A stretch of 64,000 bases of DNA from Podarcis tiliguerta (Eukaryota): assembly GCA_965153285.1 (NCBI GenBank), contig OZ229116.1. One strand, written 5' to 3'. The notes beneath the pieces were generated by a model. That model ran no database searches. It worked only from the letters and a program-made list of their open reading frames with translations, and was not told where the DNA came from. Shown one piece after another: positions 48,886 to 60,353 of the stretch. Position 1 is the stretch's first letter; each line of letters starts with the position of its first letter. The translations under genes and the position numbers were made by a program.

Positions 48886-49250
48886 CAGTGGTGCCCCGCA
48901 AGACGAAATTAATTCGTTCCACGAGTCTCTTCGTCTAGCGGTTTTTTCATCTTGCGAAGCAACCCTATTAGCGGCTTAGCGGATTAGCGCTATTAGCAGT
49001 TTAGCAGCTATTAGTGGCTATTAGCGGCTTAAGGGATTAGCGGATTAGCTGCTAAAAGGCTATTAGCGGTTTAGCGGCTTAGAAAAGGGGGTGGGGAGCG
49101 AAAAAAAATCTCAAAACTCGCAAGACATTTTCGTCTTGCGAAGCAAGCCGATAGGGAAATTCGTCCTGCGAAGCGCATTGAAAAACGGAAAACCCTTTCG
49201 TCTAGCGGGTTTTCTGTCTTGCGAGGCATTCGTCTTGCGGGGCACCACTG
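48886..49250 (-). mobile_element. Tc1/mariner (Tigger-like) MITE, copy 2
   Basis: TA duplicated (48884-85, 49251-52); TIR CAGTGGTGCCCCGCAAGACGAA; empty sites catataaagTAataactaaa at ~31130 and ~60209. Confidence 0.95.
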
Positions 49251-49395
49251 TAATAACTAAAAGAAGGGGGAGCTGAAAGTAATAGAAAGAAGACTGACAT
49301 AGTTCTGAATATAATGAGAAAGCAGAGGCAGACGGGAAATATAGTCTAATATTAAGAAAACAAAAAATCATGTTAATCTAAAATTGTTTGCTCAC

Positions 49396-51798
49396 CTGGA
49401 CTACAGTTAAGGCTTCATTGTTCAAGTTTAAATCTTCACCAGGTAGGATTGGATCCTTTGCTTCACAAGCTTCTTTATTGCTCAGAGTATTGGAATAATT
49501 TGCCTTTCTAGAGTCTGTAGTGAGAGAAACCTCCTGGCAGTAGGAGTGCAGAAATGCTCGGACTCCATCAATCCCCACAAACTGTGAGATTGGAGCGCCA
49601 CTGAAATTCACACTCCCTGACTCAAGCAGCTGAGAATTTCTCCACCTGTGCAACTTGATGGCAAGTAAGACAAGGAGGAAGATAAAAAACAAGCAGGAGA
49701 CAAAAGCCACTGCAAGGACCAGGTAGAAGGTGAGGTCAGACGGAGGCTCTACAGGAACTGAGATGCTGCTCAAGTCTGAGAGAATTGCAGGGATGGCGTC
49801 AGGCAGCACCACGGTCAGAGTGGCTGAAGCAGAGAGAGGTGGTTGCCCATTGTCCTTCACTAAAACCACCAGGCTTTGCTTGAGGGCATCTTTCTCCAGA
49901 AAGAAGCGGGCCGTCCTGATCTCTCCCGTGTGGAGCCCCAGAGTGAAGAGCCCTGGCTCGGTGGCCTTGATGAGCTGGTAGGAGAGCCAGGCATTCTGGC
50001 CAGAGTCCGCATCCACAGCCACCACCTTAGTGACCAGGTAGCCTGGCTCTGAGGAGCGAGGGGCCAGCTCTATCCCTGTGGAGCCATCGGTGGGAGGGGA
50101 GGGGTACAGGATTTGGGGAGCATTGTCATTCTGGTCCAGGATGAAGAGAGTCACTGAGACGTTGGAGCTGAGTGGTGGAGAACCTCCATCCTGAGCCTTT
50201 ACACGGAACCGAATGTCTCGAAACTCTTCATAATCAAAGGAGGTCAGAGCATATATAACCCCCGTCTCAGAGTTAATGGAGAGGTAGGAGGAGAGGCGGG
50301 AGTCACTTCCTTGGTCATCAGTGATGGAATATGTTATTCTGGCATTTTCTTCCCAGTCAAGATCATTTGCTCTTAAGGAAGAGACCATGGCTCCTCTTTG
50401 GTTATTCTCAACAAAATAGAAAGTATAGTCTGTTTTTTCAAAGAGGGGTGGGTTGTCATTTGTGTCTAAAACATGGAGTGTGATAACTGTCACTGTAGAA
50501 AGAGGGGGGACTCCATGGTCAGTAGCAGTGACAGTAATATTGAAGACTGACACCTGTTCCCTGTCAAGGGCACCATCAGTCACCAAACTGTAAAAGTTAT
50601 CCATGGACTTCTTTAGCTGGAAAGGGAGATTGCTAGGGATTGAACATGTGATTTCCCCATTGATTCCTGAATCTCGGTCTTGGACATTTAAAATGGCAAT
50701 TACCGTTTGGGATGGTGAACTTTCAAGTATGGTGTTGGTGGCAAAGTTAACTGATAATTCAGGTGCATTGTCATTCAGATCCGTAACAGATATCACAACT
50801 TTTGATCTGTCACTGAGGCCTCCTCCATCTTTGGCTTGTATCTCAAATGCATATAAAGATGATTCCTCATAATCAAGATTCCCAATAAGGATGATTTCAC
50901 CTCTTGTAGAATTTAACAGAAATATTTGGGAGTCTCTCTTTGTGATTTGTTGGAAAGAGTATTTCATGTCTCCATAGATTCCTTCATCCATATCAGTCGC
51001 TCTCGCTGTCAAAACTGTGGACCACTTGGGGATATTCTCACTGACACTCACTTCATAGAGAGGTTGGCTGAAAACTGGTGCATTGTCATTTGTATCAAGG
51101 ACAACGATTTGAATTTGTAATGTGCCAGACCTGATGGGATCACCTCCATCAGTAGCTATGAGGAGCAGATCGTAAGCTGATTGTTCCTCTCTGTCCAGTG
51201 ACTTTTCCAACACAAGTTCAGCAAGTCTGACACCATTTTCTTCTGTTTCCACATGCAAAGCAAAATGACTACTGCCTGTGAGTTGGTAGCTCTGCACTGA
51301 ATTTATCCCCCAATCTGGATCTTGAGCTTTGGGAAGAGGAATTCGGAATCCAGGTATAGATGCCTCACTGATTTCCAGCTCCTGTTCCCATAGAGGGAAG
51401 TGGGGAGCATTATCATTTATATCTGTAATTTCCACTTCAATTCCATAAAGCTTCAATTTGCTTTCAACAAGAACCTGAAACTTCAACATACATTTCTCTG
51501 CTTCTCCACAAATTTCCTCTCTATCTATTCTCTCAGATATCTGCAAATGGCCATTGTTGGCATTCAAAGAAAAGTACTGAATCATACCTACAGGGTAAAC
51601 AATGCGGAGTCCATGGTCTGGGAGCTGCTTGCCATCCATTCCCAGGTCCTTTGCAACATTCCCCACGGAAGAGCCTTTGTGCATCTCTTCTGGAATGGAG
51701 TAGTGGATCTGCCCAGAAACTGCCTTCCAAGAAAACATCATGAAAAGGCACTGGAAGATTCCCTTTCTGCAATTCCACAGCCTCTGAGTTCCTTCCAT
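49396..51798 (-). CDS. PCDHGA: Protocadherin gamma-A-like variable exon (801 codons; exon 9)
   Basis: Paralog of exon 6; donor CAG|GTGAGC at 49396/49395. Confidence 0.95.
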
Positions 51799-51986
51799 CC
51801 TTGCAGCAGGTTAAAGGCTCTTATGTTCTGATTCAAATGATGCTGTATCCAATTTTTTTCTAATGAAAATGCACTTCCATTTCTTCTTTGCACTGACAAG
51901 CAGCTTGTTCCTTCAGATATTTTGTGTTTGTGTTTAACAGAAAGGCAACTTCAATTGGGCAGGATTTCACATTTCTGCTCCGTTCT

Positions 51987-52025
51987 GGTGAACAGTGACA
52001 CCCAGAGGATCAAGCCCAAACTGCA
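51987..52025 (-). promoter_or_regulatory. Pcdh promoter CSE of exon 9; CACT core
   Basis: Identical to the exon 6 CSE. Confidence 0.8.
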
Positions 52026-54036
52026 AAAACCTCACTTTTGAAAATTAAATAAACACCATTTCACTGTACTACTGCTATTATATGCAGCTATAGCTAGGAT
52101 AACTTTACTCTTTCCCCTTAGAATTTACCCACTAAGGCTAAATAAGAGTGAAGACTTTTGTTGCTGTATTTGAAAAGCAGCAGGAAAGACAAGTGTGTTC
52201 AGGGTTCCTGCCCTACCCCATTACTGGAAATTCTGGAATAAATGTTATGGATCTTTCTCAGCAATGTTTTCTGCTCGCATTTCTAAGGGAATATTCAATA
52301 GATTTTTTTCTTGATTGAGAAACAACACTAGTAAACCACCAGTACATCCTTACTACCTCTGGCACTTCACTCCTCTCCTTAATTTATTGCTCACATTGTG
52401 CCTAGAAGACAATAAAGCCAAGACGAATCCTATTAAAGCCAATTATTATTACTACACCACTTCACATTACAGAGATAAAAAGAAGCAGGAAGAGATTGGT
52501 GGCACATGCAATGGGGTGGAGTTGTGGAGGCACCCTCAAACACTAGTGTTGTTGCTGGGGCTTACCTGGTCAGGGCTGGGCTGACACAACTGTGTGGTTG
52601 GGGCTGTGCAGGTGCACCAGCAGCAGTGCTAGATGTTCCCACAGTTAAAAGCACATGACTCCAGCCTCACTGCTGCCCCATCCAGGTAGGCAAAAGTGTG
52701 TGGGGGTGGTGGGGTGAATTCACCAGCTGTCCATCACCATGCATGTCACTACTGCAGGTGGGTAACTTTCAATGGCAGCTTATGAGCTTATGTGTGACAA
52801 TCAGTTGTCAAGCTCAGAATAAGCATTATTAAAAACTAGCATGTGACGACCTGTTAAACAGTAGAGGTAGATGCTTTTCAGTCATCTCTCTTGGAGACCT
52901 TGATGCTCTTCTGCTTCTTGTTGCACAAAATCAGCAGGACTCCTAAAACTGCTATACTGAATTTGCTGAATGTTTTCCCCCAGAAGACAGAAAATCAAGC
53001 ATCCGATCCACTAAGCAATGCCATAAAAGTTTCTTTCAAAATTAGTTTTCATCTCTCGCTACAGAATATGCACTGGCAACAAACTTTCTGACACATTAGG
53101 CACGATCCAGCATTAATGTATATGAAGCAGCAAATACAGGGGTATGCCGCTTGTATGTCCTTGCCAGATTGCCTTTCCATGGGAAAACATTCCCAGCCAA
53201 AGAGGTGAGAGGTCATCTAACATTGTTATGACTCAATAGTCATTTGTCACCTATATTACTACAGCATGGAAGCATGACTAGAGATGGTATAGGTAGAAAT
53301 ACTAGCCACATGCACACTCACCTACATACATACTGTTGACCACAACTGTTCCAACTGGTCATAATTTCTAATCATACATTACAAATGCTCTTAGCTGTTT
53401 TGACTGTTAAGGAAAGGACGAAAGAGATTTTGGGTTCATGATGCACACATATTTGGGTTGGCATATAGGTCAATACAGGGACCACTGTTTTTCCCCATTG
53501 CTCATTGCCTGTGTTTTGTCTTTCTAGTATATGGTTTTTGGAGGTGGGGAATTGATGGATTTTATATATTTATTTATTTAAAATAATTATATAGTCCCTG
53601 TCCCACACTCAAAGAATATCTAGGTTGTGTATAATATTAATTGCAATAATATGCATAATAAAATACAGTATATAATACTGTTGTCAGCAACTTAGTGGAG
53701 TTGAACATCGATTGCCAGCAAATACTTGGTCACATAGATACGTCTTTAAATGTTGATGAAAACACTGCACTGTACATTACTATTGAATTCAAAAGGGCCG
53801 ACTATTCCACCACAGAGAATGCCATCTTCATGGTTGCCAGAACATGTACTGATGCAGGTAATGAGACCACCGGGAATGTCTCCACTGAAGATCTTGGTGA
53901 ACAGATGAAATGATATGAGAACAATCATTATCTTGAACAATCGAGCTAAGTTTTTTTTAGAAAGGATGAGGTAACATGTTGTAGAATTTAGGAGTGCTTC
54001 ATTAATTTGATATATATTGGGACAGTTTTCTTTGGG

Positions 54037-54180
54037 AAGTTGTGGACTCTCCATCCTTGGAGGTTTTTTTAGCAGAGGTTGTATGGCCATCTGCCATGGA
54101 TGCTCTAGCTGAGATTCCTGCATTGCAGGTCGCTGGACCAGATGACCCTTGGGTCCCTTGCAACTCTATAATTCCATGAG
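54037..54180 (+). mobile_element. Older CR1 3' fragment (paralog of 37694-37835)
   Basis: Same position in spacer Y; CR1-type tail. Confidence 0.7.
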
Positions 54181-55078
54181 AGACAGACTACTTGCTCCAC
54201 TCATTGATCACATACAGGCTGTGCATGAGCTCTTTTCATTCTGCAACCAGCATGCAGTCAAGGATCTGAGGGGTGCTTGTACAATTGACAGCGTCCACCA
54301 ATACTTCACCATATCATACATTGTGCTTTTCCAATCAGACCCAACTGTGTATGAGTTTTAATTTGTTTTAATCTATTCTGTTGTGTTTTAAACTTTCTGT
54401 GTGCTTTAAATTATGGTTGTCATTTTTAAATATTATTTTTATTCATTTTAATAATATAACACTTTAAAAATGTAGAACATTTATATGCTCTCAATCTGAA
54501 AAATACAAATATACAGATCTCCATTGTTAAAAGTGGACAAATGACCATCAGTTATAAAATATATCTGTCCCAAAAATAATTAGGAAAGGGAGACTTTTGC
54601 AGATCCCATACCCGTCACGGCTCTTACATGGCTCTGCGGCAAGATGTAAATTCCTCAGCTCTCAAGTCGCTTAACCCCCATCCGAGTTCCCAGGAGCTGA
54701 CTGCTTCTTGGTCTCTTGACACAGAAAACAGTTTTTTCAAAGCACCAGAGATTAATCTCTTGTTCACACTTTTTCCCAAAATGAATATGGGAACCAAGAC
54801 TTATGTCTGGCTATTATCAATCACCATGTAATTATATCTGTTGGCAGAAAGCCAACAAAATATGTTGATTCTGCTATTTCCTTCCCCACAGCACATAAAA
54901 ACTTCCTAATATTTAGTTTAATAGTTTAATAATAAGGAGAATTTTGCCAATAACTAAAAAAATTGCAAACTTCTTGAAGAATATACTATGTAGGATGTTT
55001 TGGTGTTTGTTCTTCCATATATATTTTTAAAGAGAGAACATTAAAACAGCTACATATTCAATATTAGTTATGTTGCAA

Positions 55079-55080
<2 letters not shown>

Positions 55081-55126
<46 letters not shown>

Positions 55127-55137
55127 AGGAAGGAAGG
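55081..55137. repeat. (GAAA)n(GAAG)n microsatellite
   Basis: Seen directly. Confidence 0.95.
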
Positions 55138-55167
55138 ACGGCCTCCACTCAAACATGCTATGCTGTG

Positions 55168-55554
55168 TATGAAGAATGGCAGACAAAATTAATGGAGTAC
55201 GCAGAATTAGAAAAAAATGACGGGAAGGATTCGAAACCTGTGTTGCCAGAGACTCACAGAAGACTGGAAGAAATATAAAAGCTATTTGAAGAGCAACTGT
55301 AATAAACAAATTATGCTATACAAGAAGTTTTGTAAGGAGAAATATATGAAACATTGCAAAGTAGAGAAAGAATACAGATATTTTGAGAGTTAAATGTAAT
55401 AGTGGAAGTAAGTGAATATTAAGTGAATAGATTGGAAAAGTTTCAGATGTGATTGATTGAAGTAAAAAAATGGTGTAAGAAATGAAAGTATGTTTAATTA
55501 CTGTTAAAATGATATGTTGAAAAATTAATAAAGAATTATATTAAAAAAACAAAC
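55168..55554 (+). mobile_element. 5'-truncated L1-type LINE 3' end
   Basis: EEWQTKLMEYAEL...EDWKKYKSYLK-like C-terminus, AT-rich UTR, AATAAA + A-rich tail; perfect 17-bp TSD AAACATGCTATGCTGTG (55151-55167, 55555-55571); empty site at ~44160. Confidence 0.85.
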
Positions 55555-55835
55555 AAACATGCTATGCTGTGGTCCCAGCTCATCACCCTAAGTCAGCATG
55601 ATGATAGGCATCTAGATAATTTTGACAGAGCCTCCTCCATACTGAAATGGTGCCCCTCAACAATTGCTGGAAAGGCCATTCTACTAACACAGTACTACTC
55701 CCTACCTACTTCCTTGGTGACATGGCCTAAATAGTCTAGGAAGCCACTTTGATAACATCCACTGTTAACAACTAAACTCTCAAACAAGTGATAACACACC
55801 TAAATCCCCCCCTCAAATAAAGCAATATAACTCAC

Positions 55836-58265
55836 CGTGCTGTCATTTTCCTTTTCAGAATTTAAATTACCTCCACTGACCATCAAAGAAATGTCAGAGT
55901 TGCCATTGCAAAGGATGTTCTCTGCTATTTGGACAGTGGGCTGCAGGAAAGTCAGCTCATTCCTCCTGGATTCAGAAGACAGACAGACCTGGTAGGAATA
56001 AGGCAAAGTTCCATCCTCATAATTGGGTGGGAAGATGGCACCAGCCTTTGAATGGGGGCCAGGAATAAAGCACTGAAGGAAAGTGGGGTTCCTTGACCTT
56101 CGAAGCTTCATGAGAATGGTCAGAATCACCGTCACCAGGAACAGAAAGGACACCAAGGTCAAGGCCAATACCAAATAAAACTGTAGATCAGACTGATACT
56201 CTGAGTCATTTGGTTGGGAGTTCATTTCCGGAAGAGCCTCCTGGAAGTTCTCAGCAAACACCAGGCTCAAAGTTGTGGTGGCTGAGAGAGGAGGATGCCC
56301 ATTGTCCTTCACCAGGATGACCAGCCTCTGCTTCACTGCATCTCTCTCAAGTAATGCTCGGACTGTTTGCACCTCTCCTGTGTGGGAGCCAATGCTGAAG
56401 AGTGAGGGCTCTGTGGCCTGCAGGAGATGGAAGGAGAGCCAGGCATTGTGTCCCGAATCAGAGTCCACGGCCACCACCTTTGTCACCAGATAACCCGACT
56501 CAGCTGACCGAGGCACCATCTCAAAGAAAGGTGAGCCCTCTGTTGATTGTGAGGGGTACAGGATCTGCGGAGCGTTATCATTTCGATCCAAAACACATAC
56601 TGTCACTGTGGCACTGCTATTGAGTGGTGGAGAACCTCCATCTTGGGCCTTCAGTTGAATCTGAAACACCCTGAATTGCTCATAGTCAAAGGAGCGTTGG
56701 GCATAGATGATTCCAGTCTCAGAGTTAATGGAGACATAGGAGGAGAGAGGCAGGTCCTTGATGTTGCTGTGAAGGATGGAGTAAGTAATTCGGGCATTGC
56801 GATCCAGATCTGGGTCAGAGGCCTTGATGTGGAAAATTGAAGCTCCAGACGGGTTGTTCTCTGGAACGTAGGCAGTGTAGGAAGATTTTTCAAAGGCTGG
56901 TGGGTTATCATTGATATCTGAGATCTGTATTGATATGGTTTTGTGTGTGGAGAGTGGAGGTATGCCTTTGTCTGTGGCTGTGATTGTAATATTATACTCT
57001 GGAGTCCTTTCTCTGTCAAGGGCACCATCTATCAGGAGCTTGAAGTAATTATCTGAAGATGAGACTATCAGGAAAGGTACAAGTTCCTTCAGGTGACAGG
57101 TGACTTCTCCATTATTCCCAGAATCCCTGTCCTGAACTTTAATGAGAGCAATCACAGCTCCAGAAGTGACATCTTCTGGAACTGGGCTGGACACGGATGT
57201 AAGGATCACATCTGGAGCATTGTCATTCTCATCAAGAACCTCAACCTCCACTTTGCAATGTGCCGCCAATCCTCCTCCATCACTTGCCTGAATTATCATC
57301 ACATAATACTGACTCTCTTCAAAATCAACACTTTCTATGAGTGCAATGGTTCCATCTCTGGGATCCAGATGAAATTTCTGCTCAGCTGTTTTTGATATGT
57401 CACTGAATGTATAAGTGATCTCAGCATATGACCCTTCATCACTGTCAGATGCTTTGACTTGAAGCACAGAGGTTCCTTTGGGTGCACTCTCCTTCAGACT
57501 CACTTTATATGTTGTCTGGGTGAAAACAGGGACATTGTCATTAATATCAATAACTGTTACCAATATTTTGGCTGTTCCGGTTTTTGGAGGTTCTCCACCA
57601 TCCATGGCTGTAAGGACCATGTGATGCATCTGTTCCTTTTCCCTGTCCAGTTGTTTCTGCAATATTAATTCTGCATATTTGCCACCATCATTGCCAGCTT
57701 GAATTTCTAGTTTGAAATATGGAGTTGAGCTCAATTGATAATTCTGGAGGGAGTTCATTCCGATATCATCATCTTCAGCATTTCCAAGAGCAAATCGAGT
57801 TCCTGGCAGAGTAGATTCACTAAATTTAAGCTCAATATTTTCATTCCGGAAATGTGGGGCATTGTCATTAATGTCCTGGATAAAAATATTTACGTGGAAA
57901 ATATTCAAAGGATTGTGTGCCACAACTTCTAATTTGAGGACACAAGTAGATGATTTACCACAAATGTCTTCCCGGTCTATCCTCCCATTCACATACAGGT
58001 TGCCATTTTGTTCATTCAAATCAAAGAAGTGCTTTTCTGATGAAATACCAAGCTTGCGCTTTGACAGCTCTCTGGGATCCAACCCCAGATCTTTAACAAG
58101 GTTCCCCACAAAGGAGCCCTGCTCTGCTTCCTCTGGAACTGAATACTGAACCTTCTCAGACCCCACCTGGTAGCAGAACACAGACCAGAATATGAACAGA
58201 AACAGTACTTGCCTCTTGGTGATCTCCCTTGTTCTCTCTGCCTGCTTTACTTCCATCACATCCAT
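55836..58265 (-). CDS. PCDHGB: Protocadherin gamma-B-like variable exon (810 codons; exon 10)
   Basis: Paralog of exon 5; donor ACG|GTGAGT at 55836/55835. Confidence 0.95.
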
Positions 58266-58488
58266 TGCATTTCCTGATTTCTTCCTTCTTTCAGTATAGT
58301 TTGCAAGACTCCCAGTACACTAATGTGAGATAGTACCAATAACGTTCTTTTGAGCTGATTCTTGGGAAACTGAGAGCTTTCCTTCTTGCGCAGCTTTTAA
58401 AATAAAAGCTTTTCCTTTCTGCTCAGCTGAAGAAAGAGAGACTGCTCCAAGAGCCTCACAAATGCTGAGCCATGGCTGCTCCCACGTT

Positions 58489-58527
58489 GTCCAACAGTGA
58501 CACTCTGAGTCCACATGGGGAACTGTA
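58489..58527 (-). promoter_or_regulatory. Pcdh promoter CSE of exon 10; CACT core
   Basis: Identical to the exon 5 and 8 CSE. Confidence 0.8.
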
Positions 58528-60353
58528 TTTGCCATTTCAATAATGGTACATAGTATATAATTTCTAATGTAGAGAACTGCTTTTAATTTATCCCTTTACC
58601 ATTGTTTTCAAGTTGTACCCCCCTCAATGGATTATTGATGATACCTTATAGTTATTCACTCCATTAAGAACTCTTTTCAGTATGCAGGGCAATGAGACCA
58701 GAGTTCCAAATTTCTTTCTTCCATGTTTAATGTGCATTTAAAAAATCTAAATAATATTAGGAAATTATCACAAGTGAATTTTTAATATGTATTCCTGTCA
58801 GAGGTTCAGCTTGTGATAATTTTAGGTTGACCCACATAGTGATTGTGTTTTCAGCCAGTACATTTAAACAAAATGTATTTGTGAACAGGAAAATAGGGAT
58901 GGGCCTTAAACGTCAAACAATTTTTGGAAATCCAAGCATCCTCCCAGCATACTTTTCATTGTCCAATTCACAAATTAGTAGAACTACAGGATAGTCCTTC
59001 TAGGACATTGTCAGAAATGGTCACCCAAACAACTTCCCCAAATTTCAGCAAGTTACCATTCATTGTTTTCCTTACGGGAACAAACAAAAAACAAAAAAAA
59101 CCCCACATGCCTCATAAAATGTCCCCCAAATGCATCAATTCTTGCCACTGTAGTGTGTTTACAACACCAACCATGACAACATATTTTAAATAGAAAAATA
59201 TAAGCCACATGTCACCAAACGGCACTGGAATCAAAACAGCTTACAGTCATGTGACAGAGGAGTAAATAAACTTGCAGTCACATTTCCAGTGATGCACCCA
59301 TTGTAGCAGTGTGGAACTACCTAGAAGAACACACCTTCGGCTGAAACTGTTTTCATTCATATTACAGGGAGAAGGGAACACACAACACCTTCTCCGGGGT
59401 TCAAAATTCTACGCATACCTTACACTGGAAATCTCATTAAAGTAGAAAATACCCCCCCCCCCAAAGCCATTTGTGTGTTTGCTGTAGTTCAATAATGGGT
59501 GAAGGTTGCAAGTTACAACGAGCATTATGCAACCAATCTTACACTACAATTGCTTGTAAGTTTCTTCCCAGAGTCCCCTCACCATTAAATCTCCTCATTT
59601 TATCATGCTAAAATATAACAACAGCCAAAATAACTCAGCCAATAAAAGGGTTAAGTAAATTCATTATTACTTTTTAAAACAGAAATCTTGTAGCAATGAG
59701 AATCTCATTATCAGCTTATTGGTGGTCAGCAGGGTGCGTAGTGGAAAGAAGTTATTGGTTGAAAGTTGGGAATGAGCACTTGTCATAGGATACTAGGCCC
59801 TAGTTTTCATTGAGGCGGCATAACTACAACATACCAGTACCAAGGCAGGTGAGGGCTCACATTTATATACTTATTTATTGATAGAGGTTTTTTAAACCAC
59901 CCACTATTTGGAAGTGTAATAAAAATATGAAATAAAAGCCAAATACAACATACAAAGCTAAAACAATTTAGAATCAATCTCACAGGATCTCACCTACTGC
60001 ACATGAAAATAGGATGAGCCTAGCCTTCTCCCTATCTCCATTACATGATAGTTTCAATATGTAGTGAACTATGTGTTTTTATAGATGTGCACAAGGTTTT
60101 GTGAGCCTCCACCAGCAGTCCAAAGTAAGCGAAAAAGACTGATCATCGGATGCATCAAGATAAAGATTTGTTGTAAGAAGATACTTCACAGAAGGATCAC
60201 ATATAAAGTAATAACTAAAAGAAGGCGGAGCTGAAAGTAATAGAAAGAAGACTGACATAGTTCTGAATATAATGAGAAAGCAGAGGTAGACGGGAAATAT
60301 AGTCTAATATTAAGAAAACAAAAAAGCATGTTAATCTAAAATTGTTTGCTCAC

